Source: Candidatus Hydrogenedentota bacterium
Lineage (GTDB): Bacteria; Hydrogenedentota; Hydrogenedentia; Hydrogenedentales; SLHB01
Direction of reading: 5' to 3'
Assembly (NCBI GenBank): GCA_036789645.1
Contig: DAIQLC010000023.1
Coordinates: forward strand, 1,065-65,064
DNA length: 64,000 bases
This document shows positions 57,313 through 64,000 of the stretch, piece by piece. Below the pieces are notes generated by a model. That model did not search any database and was not told the DNA's origin. It saw nothing but the letters and a program-made list of their open reading frames with translations. Numbering within the stretch: the stretch's first letter is position 1; every line of letters starts with the position of its first letter. Made by a program: the position numbers and the translations under genes.

Positions 57313-57939
57313 TCAGGCGCGCCGAATGCGCCGCAGAACAAGACCCGCCAAACCCAGCCCGATGATGGAGATCGTAGCCGGCTCCGGAACGACTGGGCTT
57401 TCAAGCAGCGTTACCGATGCATACACATCCGCGCAGCTGGTGCCGAACAGCCCGTCGGGTCCAGTCCACACGCCATTTCGAAGGCTGATATCGCTCAACT
57501 GGAGAGCGAACCGGCCCCCGTTCTCAAAGCTGAACTCAACCGGATCGTCCCAGACTAGGTCCCAACCCTGCTCATACCCAAACCACGCACCCGAAAAACC
57601 GACCGATGTTCCATCCACGCTGCCCGTAAGGAGGGGCACGTCGAATGCGATATGCGCGACAACGGATCCCGGGACAAGATCATCGCCCTCCACCCAGTCC
57701 TCATAAGTGCCCATCCACGCAAAATGAATCGGGACGCTCGTTTCGCCTTCAGACAGGGTCAACACCACGTTCTCGAACGAGCTGTTGACATGCGCCCACA
57801 GTTCGAGTCCGTCAGCGGTTCCCGACGTGTCAATCCACGAACCTGCACCCATCTCGAAAGCGCACGGGTCCGCCAACGCCTGTCCCCCCATACACACAAC
57901 ACTCATCGTCGCGAGCGCAAGAAAACCCACTTTTCGCAT
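57313..57939 (-). CDS. PEP-CTERM sorting-domain protein (putative exosortase substrate), copy 1 of 2
   Basis: GAGGAGG RBS. Signal peptide. C-terminal VPEPATISIIGLGLAGLVLRRIRRA is a PEP + TM + Arg-rich tail. Identical to 60866-61492. Confidence 0.8.
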   Translation of the reverse strand: MRKVGFLALATMSVVCMGGQALADPCAFEMGAGSWIDTSGTADGLELWAHVNSSFENVVLTLSEGETSVPIHFAWMGTYEDWVEGDDLVPGSVVAHIAFDVPLLTGSVDGTSVGFSGAWFGYEQGWDLVWDDPVEFSFENGGRFALQLSDISLRNGVWTGPDGLFGTSCADVYASVTLLESPVVPEPATISIIGLGLAGLVLRRIRRA

Positions 57940-58349
57940 GTGTAAACCTCCTCTACTAGTCTGTTGTTTAACATTGTGCAACGTCTATCCACCTAACTGT
58001 CTAAAATCCAGGCCACTCAACTTTTATATGACTTTTCCCGCAGATAGGTGGAGCAAGGTCCATGCCAAATGCCTGGGTATCCCTAAGACTATGAATCCAA
58101 GTGTTTTAAGTTATTCACTGTCGTCTGAAGCGTGTAACGATGACTGCCTTTAGATAATAAATATTCATTTCTGAGTAACTATTTACAGTATTCAGGCAAG
58201 AAACCTCGACGGATGCGGTTGATGTCACCACGGACCCTCATACTTCGGTGCTCGGTCTGCTTTCTTGCACACCGAGTTCTGTTTCGCTATTGTTTGTAGC
58301 AGCACGCCAATTCAGGAAGACAACGACACCGACTCAGGGAGCTTGGATC

Positions 58350-59306
58350 ATGCCGCGCAAACCGGTCCTTCTCGCGATTCTCATGGCACTGGCCCTCTCC
58401 GGAACTGTTTTCGCGGACGGCCCGCCTCTGGACGGCATCCTGAAGGCCGCGGGCGTCGACGACCCGTCCAACATGGTCCGCCGCTACATGCTCACGGAGG
58501 TCGAAGCCACGTGGACCGCCTGGCAGGAGGCGTACGAGGCGCGCACCGAGCCCGCCGCCATCGCGCAGCATTACCGGGCGCTTCAGGCAAAATTCATCGA
58601 ACGCCTCGGGGGATTTCCCGAGAGAACCCCGCTGAATCCGCAGATTACAGGGGTAATCCAGCGCAACGGCTACCGCGTTGAGAAGGTCCTGTTTGAAAGC
58701 CAGCCCCGGCATTACGTCACCGCCCTGCTGTTTGTGCCGGAACAGCCCGAATACGCCCCGCCATACCCCGGCGTGCTGGTGCCGTGCGGGCACGCGCAGG
58801 ACGCCAAACACCACGAACCGTACCAGTCCGTGGGAGCGCTCCTGGCCCTCAACGGCATGGTCGCGCTCGTGTTCGACCCCATCGAGCAGGGGGAACGGTG
58901 CCAATACCTCGACGAAACCGGCAAAGCGCCCTATCAGGGAACCACCGCCCACACCATGAGCGGCGCGGGAAGCATCCTCCTCGGGAGAAACACCGCCACC
59001 TACGAGATCTGGGACGGCATGCGCGGCATCGACTACCTCCAGTCGCGCCCGGAAGTCGCTCCGGAACGCATCGGCATCACCGGCAACAGCGGCGGCGGCA
59101 CCCAGACCTCGTATAACCGGCCGCCGCGATGGCGTCGAGCGCCACGCGGTAGTCCAGTTTGTCCCACGGGCGGGTATAGATGCCGATCTTCCACGGGCCG
59201 CCGGCTGGGGATTCGGCCGCTGAGGCCCCCAGCGCCACGGCCGCAAGACCGGCCGCTCCGAACTGGGCGGAGCGGCCGAGAAACTCGCGTCGAGTGCTTT
59301 TCATAG
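58350..59306 (+). pseudogene. 5' fragment (290 codons) of the tandem alpha/beta-hydrolase gene, truncated at the duplication junction and reading out of frame into unrelated sequence
   Basis: Identical to 61903-62667 up to ...GNSGGGTQTSY at 59114, then diverges (NRPPRWRRAPRG...). Same promoter region as the intact copy. Confidence 0.7.
59077..59304 (-). pseudogene. 5' fragment (63 codons) of the xylose-isomerase-like gene created by the tandem duplication
   Basis: MKSTRREFLGRSAQ...DAIAAAGY is identical to the N-terminus of the 54846-55751 product, then junction-derived residues follow. Confidence 0.7.
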
Positions 59307-59343
59307 TGCGATGTCCTTCATCGTAAACCCTGTTTGTGACAGA

Positions 59344-60594
59344 TCAGGCGCTGCGCATTTCGCGCTTGTCCGCGTCGTAGATCTGCCGCTGGCCGGTGTT
59401 GCAGGCCCGCATGGCCAACAGCACCGCGACGGCGTGCTGGTACCCGGCATCGAGCGACGCGTTCGGGGTCTCGCGGCTGCGCAGGCACTGGAGCCAGTCC
59501 AGGAAGTGGTCCGCGCGCTCGACAGGCGCCACGTCCTGCTTTTCAAAGGTCTCGCCCTTGGCCGTATTGATTCCGTCCGACGTCAGCACGGGCTGATTCC
59601 AGTTCTGGCAGTCCAGCACCGCGGTGTCGCCGAAGAACTTGAAGGAGTTCCCGCTGCCGTTGCCGAAATGGGTCGAATACGACACCATGAATCCTTCCGG
59701 GTACTCCCACAGGGCGTGCACATGGTCATGGCACGTGAAGTTGTAATCGTCCTTCCACGTGTAGGTCCCGCCCATGCAGACCGCCGACGTCGGGAACGCC
59801 GCCCCCGTGATGTAGTGGACCAGATCGATGAAATGGCTGCCCAGCCCCGGCACCGGACCGTCCGAGAAGTCCCGGTAACCGTACCACCCGGAATACTGCG
59901 CGGCACTGAACGGCCGCGGCTCGCGGTCCGCCAGAAACTCGTTCCAGTCCACATCCGCCTCGTTGACTTCCTTCACGTAGGAATACCAATACGGCTGGGG
60001 GGCGTTGCGGCACTGTTCGATGCGTCCCACGGTGCCCAGCTTGCCGGACCGGTAGACTTCCCGCGCGCCGGTCATGCTGGCCATGCTGCGCAACTGGGTG
60101 CCGGCCTGGAACACCACGCCATTCGCCTTGACCGCGTCGCAGGCGGCCTTGAGCTGGTCGAAATCCATGGCCAGGGGCTTTTCGCAGTAGATGTCTTTCT
60201 TCGCCTCGGCCGCGGCCTTCATGTGGGTGGTGTGCAGGTGGTCGCACGACGCAATCATGACCGCGTCAATATCTTCCAGGGCGACCAGATCCCGGTACGA
60301 GACAAACTGGCGGGCTTCACGGCCGTACCAGCTCTTGGTGTCCGCCGCGGCCCGCTCGCGGTTCACCTTCCAGGGATCGCAGACCGCGGTGATTTCGACG
60401 TTCTGCTCTTCAGAGTAGCGGTGTATGTTGGTCATGTGGGCGTTGCGGCCGCGTTCGCCGCAGCCGATGATGCCGATGGAAATGCGCTCATTCGCGCCCT
60501 TGATCCGCGCGTAACTCGCGGCGCTCATACTGATCGCCGCCGCGCCAACGGCGGCGTTGCGAAAAAACTGACGACGGGTCGTGCCTTGTGACAT
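59344..60594 (-). CDS. Gfo/Idh/MocA-family oxidoreductase with twin-arginine signal (copy 2 of 2)
   Basis: 100% identical to 55791-57041 at the translation level and in the sampled nucleotide stretches. Confidence 0.85.
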   Translation of the reverse strand: MSQGTTRRQFFRNAAVGAAAISMSAASYARIKGANERISIGIIGCGERGRNAHMTNIHRYSEEQNVEITAVCDPWKVNRERAAADTKSWYGREARQFVSYRDLVALEDIDAVMIASCDHLHTTHMKAAAEAKKDIYCEKPLAMDFDQLKAACDAVKANGVVFQAGTQLRSMASMTGAREVYRSGKLGTVGRIEQCRNAPQPYWYSYVKEVNEADVDWNEFLADREPRPFSAAQYSGWYGYRDFSDGPVPGLGSHFIDLVHYITGAAFPTSAVCMGGTYTWKDDYNFTCHDHVHALWEYPEGFMVSYSTHFGNGSGNSFKFFGDTAVLDCQNWNQPVLTSDGINTAKGETFEKQDVAPVERADHFLDWLQCLRSRETPNASLDAGYQHAVAVLLAMRACNTGQRQIYDADKREMRSA

Positions 60595-60865
60595 GGGATG
60601 ACCTCCTGTTCTTTGTCTTGGCCGGCAAACGGTCTTATCATACCGATTCATCGGCCAAAGTAAAAGCGCGCGCACAACACAGGTCTCGCCATGCCATCCC
60701 GCCGGTTCAACAACAAGGTCCGGCTCTCGCCAAAAGAAAGGCGCGGCCACACTGCTTATGACCGCGCCACCACACGAGGACTTTTGTCTCGGGCTCGACC
60801 CGTCCGTCACGCCGACGCCTCCGGCCTGTCGCGACACTCAAAACGAGGTCCGGCAGGCGCGTTTG

Positions 60866-61492
60866 TCAGGCGCGCCGAATGCGCCGCAGAACAAGACCCG
60901 CCAAACCCAGCCCGATGATGGAGATCGTAGCCGGCTCCGGAACGACTGGGCTTTCAAGCAGCGTTACCGATGCATACACATCCGCGCAGCTGGTGCCGAA
61001 CAGCCCGTCGGGTCCAGTCCACACGCCATTTCGAAGGCTGATATCGCTCAACTGGAGAGCGAACCGGCCCCCGTTCTCAAAGCTGAACTCAACCGGATCG
61101 TCCCAGACTAGGTCCCAACCCTGCTCATACCCAAACCACGCACCCGAAAAACCGACCGATGTTCCATCCACGCTGCCCGTAAGGAGGGGCACGTCGAATG
61201 CGATATGCGCGACAACGGATCCCGGGACAAGATCATCGCCCTCCACCCAGTCCTCATAAGTGCCCATCCACGCAAAATGAATCGGGACGCTCGTTTCGCC
61301 TTCAGACAGGGTCAACACCACGTTCTCGAACGAGCTGTTGACATGCGCCCACAGTTCGAGTCCGTCAGCGGTTCCCGACGTGTCAATCCACGAACCTGCA
61401 CCCATCTCGAAAGCGCACGGGTCCGCCAACGCCTGTCCCCCCATACACACAACACTCATCGTCGCGAGCGCAAGAAAACCCACTTTTCGCAT
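60866..61492 (-). CDS. PEP-CTERM sorting-domain protein, copy 2 of 2
   Basis: Identical to 57313-57939. Confidence 0.8.
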   Translation of the reverse strand: MRKVGFLALATMSVVCMGGQALADPCAFEMGAGSWIDTSGTADGLELWAHVNSSFENVVLTLSEGETSVPIHFAWMGTYEDWVEGDDLVPGSVVAHIAFDVPLLTGSVDGTSVGFSGAWFGYEQGWDLVWDDPVEFSFENGGRFALQLSDISLRNGVWTGPDGLFGTSCADVYASVTLLESPVVPEPATISIIGLGLAGLVLRRIRRA

Positions 61493-61902
61493 GTGTAAAC
61501 CTCCTCTACTAGTCTGTTGTTTAACATTGTGCAACGTCTATCCACCTAACTGTCTAAAATCCAGGCCACTCAACTTTTATATGACTTTTCCCGCAGATAG
61601 GTGGAGCAAGGTCCATGCCAAATGCCTGGGTATCCCTAAGACTATGAATCCAAGTGTTTTAAGTTATTCACTGTCGTCTGAAGCGTGTAACGATGACTGC
61701 CTTTAGATAATAAATATTCATTTCTGAGTAACTATTTACAGTATTCAGGCAAGAAACCTCGACGGATGCGGTTGATGTCACCACGGACCCTCATACTTCG
61801 GTGCTCGGTCTGCTTTCTTGCACACCGAGTTCTGTTTCGCTATTGTTTGTAGCAGCACGCCAATTCAGGAAGACAACGACACCGACTCAGGGAGCTTGGA
61901 TC

Positions 61903-63945
61903 ATGCCGCGCAAACCGGTCCTTCTCGCGATTCTCATGGCACTGGCCCTCTCCGGAACTGTTTTCGCGGACGGCCCGCCTCTGGACGGCATCCTGAAGGC
62001 CGCGGGCGTCGACGACCCGTCCAACATGGTCCGCCGCTACATGCTCACGGAGGTCGAAGCCACGTGGACCGCCTGGCAGGAGGCGTACGAGGCGCGCACC
62101 GAGCCCGCCGCCATCGCGCAGCATTACCGGGCGCTTCAGGCAAAATTCATCGAACGCCTCGGGGGATTTCCCGAGAGAACCCCGCTGAATCCGCAGATTA
62201 CAGGGGTAATCCAGCGCAACGGCTACCGCGTTGAGAAGGTCCTGTTTGAAAGCCAGCCCCGGCATTACGTCACCGCCCTGCTGTTTGTGCCGGAACAGCC
62301 CGAATACGCCCCGCCATACCCCGGCGTGCTGGTGCCGTGCGGGCACGCGCAGGACGCCAAACACCACGAACCGTACCAGTCCGTGGGAGCGCTCCTGGCC
62401 CTCAACGGCATGGTCGCGCTCGTGTTCGACCCCATCGAGCAGGGGGAACGGTGCCAATACCTCGACGAAACCGGCAAAGCGCCCTATCAGGGAACCACCG
62501 CCCACACCATGAGCGGCGCGGGAAGCATCCTCCTCGGGAGAAACACCGCCACCTACGAGATCTGGGACGGCATGCGCGGCATCGACTACCTCCAGTCGCG
62601 CCCGGAAGTCGCTCCGGAACGCATCGGCATCACCGGCAACAGCGGCGGCGGCACCCAGACCTCGTATCTCATGGCCCTCGACGAACGCATCGGCGCCGCT
62701 GCGCCGAGTTGTTACCTGAACCTCCTCAAACGCCAGGCGGAAAACGCCATGGGCGACGCCGAACAGAACATCTACGGCCAGCTCCGCTGGGGAATGGAAC
62801 ACCCCGACTACGTCATGATGCGCGCGCCCATGCCCGTCAAAATTCTGGCCGCGACCCGCGATTTCTTCGACATCAACGCCACCTGGGTCAATTTCCGGTA
62901 CGCTAAACGCCTGTACACGCGCCTCGGCTTCTCCGAGCGGGTCGACATCCTCGAGAATGACGCCGAACACAACTACGACACGTCCCAGCGCGAGGCGGCC
63001 GTCCGCTGGCTCGCCCGATGGCTGACCGGCGTCGACAAACCCATCACGGAACCCGAACTCGACCTGTTGTCGGTCGAGGAGACCCACTGCACGCCCCAGG
63101 GCGAGGTCATGCGGCTCGAGGGCGCGCGTTCTGTCTACGACGTGAACCGTGAATACCTCGGGGCGCTCGCACCCAAACGCGCGGACTTCCTCAAGAACGC
63201 CGATGACGCCGCCCTGCGGGCCAAGGTGCGGGAAGTCACCGGCATCAGCGATACCGTGGCCCCGCTGGAACCCACGCGCCTGGGCGCCGATGAACGCGGC
63301 GGCATCCGCATCGAAAAACTGGCCCTTTCCAACGGTCTCGGCATAACCCTGCCCGCCGCATACCTCACGAGAGGCAGCGCCGCGCCCGGCGCGGTCACCC
63401 TGTTGCTCCACGAAGCCGGCATCGCCGCCGCCTGCGCGCCCGGCGGGCCCGCCGAAAACCTGCTCGCCGAGGGGCGTGCGGTGCTCGCCGTCGACGTGCG
63501 CGGCACCGGCGAATCCCGCCAGACCGGGCAGACCGCGTTCGGCGAGGCCGTCGGGCTCGACTGGCAAGATTCGCTCATGGCCTACCTCCTCGAGAAGCCC
63601 AACGTGGCCATGCGCGCCGAGGACGTGCTGGCCGCCGCGCACGTTGCGGGACAGCTCGCGGGTGCGGCGCCGGTCCACCTCGTTTCCGTTGGCCACGTGG
63701 GCGTCCCGGCCCTGCACGCCGCCGCCCTCGAACCGGCTCGCTTCGCATCGGTTCGAATCGAGGGCTGCCTGCTCTCGTGGTCCAACGCCATTGAGCTCGG
63801 CATCACCCACAATCAACTGCACAACGCGGTTCACGCCGCATTGTGCTGGTACGATTTCCCGGATCTCGCGCGCCTCGCCGGCGAGCACACCGCCGTCGTC
63901 GCGCCCGTCGACGCGATGGGCAGGCCGGCGGCCCTGAACCAGTAG
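61903..63945 (+). CDS. Secreted tandem alpha/beta-hydrolase (acetyl-xylan-esterase/peptidase-like), intact copy
   Basis: Signal peptide MPRKPVLLAILMALALSGTVFA. First alpha/beta domain with GNSGGG nucleophile elbow. Second alpha/beta-like domain at the C-terminus. 680 aa. Confidence 0.75.
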   Translation: MPRKPVLLAILMALALSGTVFADGPPLDGILKAAGVDDPSNMVRRYMLTEVEATWTAWQEAYEARTEPAAIAQHYRALQAKFIERLGGFPERTPLNPQITGVIQRNGYRVEKVLFESQPRHYVTALLFVPEQPEYAPPYPGVLVPCGHAQDAKHHEPYQSVGALLALNGMVALVFDPIEQGERCQYLDETGKAPYQGTTAHTMSGAGSILLGRNTATYEIWDGMRGIDYLQSRPEVAPERIGITGNSGGGTQTSYLMALDERIGAAAPSCYLNLLKRQAENAMGDAEQNIYGQLRWGMEHPDYVMMRAPMPVKILAATRDFFDINATWVNFRYAKRLYTRLGFSERVDILENDAEHNYDTSQREAAVRWLARWLTGVDKPITEPELDLLSVEETHCTPQGEVMRLEGARSVYDVNREYLGALAPKRADFLKNADDAALRAKVREVTGISDTVAPLEPTRLGADERGGIRIEKLALSNGLGITLPAAYLTRGSAAPGAVTLLLHEAGIAAACAPGGPAENLLAEGRAVLAVDVRGTGESRQTGQTAFGEAVGLDWQDSLMAYLLEKPNVAMRAEDVLAAAHVAGQLAGAAPVHLVSVGHVGVPALHAAALEPARFASVRIEGCLLSWSNAIELGITHNQLHNAVHAALCWYDFPDLARLAGEHTAVVAPVDAMGRPAALNQ

Positions 63946-64000
63946 AAAAAGATGGTGTCGTCATTGTCTATGCGCGAAACGCGGGTGTTCTCCGGCGGAT

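Larger units (their letters stand above)
55562..59114. repeat. Tandem direct duplication, unit 1 (3,553 bp)
   Basis: All six-frame ORFs in 55758-59114 recur with identical translations at +3553. Intergenic stretches compared by eye are also identical. Confidence 0.9.
59115..62667. repeat. Tandem direct duplication, unit 2 (3,553 bp); the junction with unit 1 shows 1-bp (T) microhomology
   Basis: ...acctcgtat|aaccggccgcc... at 59114/59115. The right end ...acctcgtat|ctcatggcc at 62667/62668 continues into unique sequence. Confidence 0.9.

Noticed and set aside
1-64000. CRISPR arrays, tRNA/rRNA genes, integrases/transposases, or phage or defence-island hallmarks
   Set aside because: No short-period direct repeat arrays, no tRNA-like cloverleaf candidates, and no recombinase or defence-system domain signatures found in any frame. 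The only repeat structure is the single large tandem duplication.

Overview
This 64-kb window has about 66% GC and gene content typical of a Planctomycetota/Verrucomicrobiota/Kiritimatiellota (PVC)-like polysaccharide degrader. I read it as chromosomal, not mobile: no integrase, transposase or CRISPR array is present. Inferred products include many TAT- or Sec-exported CAZyme-like proteins, Gfo/Idh/MocA oxidoreductases, xylose-isomerase-like TIM barrels, DUF1080/BNR and PEP-CTERM proteins.

Main blocks, in order:
- Sugar-acid module on the minus strand: a partial membrane protein, an enolase-superfamily enzyme and an aldo/keto reductase.
- A plus-strand promoter/terminator pair with no ORF between them, which I call a candidate small RNA.
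- A tightly coupled pilM-pilN-pilO-pilP-pilQ type IV pilus operon with a near-consensus sigma70 promoter and an intrinsic terminator.
- A minus-strand translesion-polymerase pair: an active-site-intact Y-family DinB followed by a short DnaE2-type alpha subunit. A 16-bp-arm palindrome lies between them.
- MbfA-like ferritin-VIT1 fusion, a receiver plus degenerate-GGDEF (GGEHF) regulator, nagB, mntP, and a DUF2961-like protein.
- A PAS protein with a Cys4 tail, then cspA.
- A run of secreted hydrolases, some with carbohydrate-binding or oxidoreductase domains (CBM9-like, DUF1080+BNR, FAD oxidoreductase with discoidin-like domain), plus HAD, apt, a sigma-70 family factor and tadA.
- An aldolase, oversized Zn-ADH and SDR module.
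- An AT-rich islet carrying a YjfB-like 61-aa ORF with a textbook terminator.
- A GH106-like hydrolase, beta-helix protein, esterase and Gfo/Idh/MocA oxidoreductase.
- Two adjacent HEAT-repeat proteins; the second is a TPR-TM-glycoside-hydrolase-like-HEAT-M23 mosaic.
- An NPCBM+GH36-like hydrolase and a TAT xylose-isomerase-like protein.

The most striking structure is a perfect 3,553-bp tandem direct duplication (55562-59114 and 59115-62667) with a 1-bp microhomology junction. It doubles a Gfo/Idh/MocA oxidoreductase gene and a PEP-CTERM protein gene, and leaves 5' gene fragments of the isomerase and of a 680-aa tandem alpha/beta-hydrolase at the junction.

All calls are from reading the sequence and translations. 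No database searches were run.
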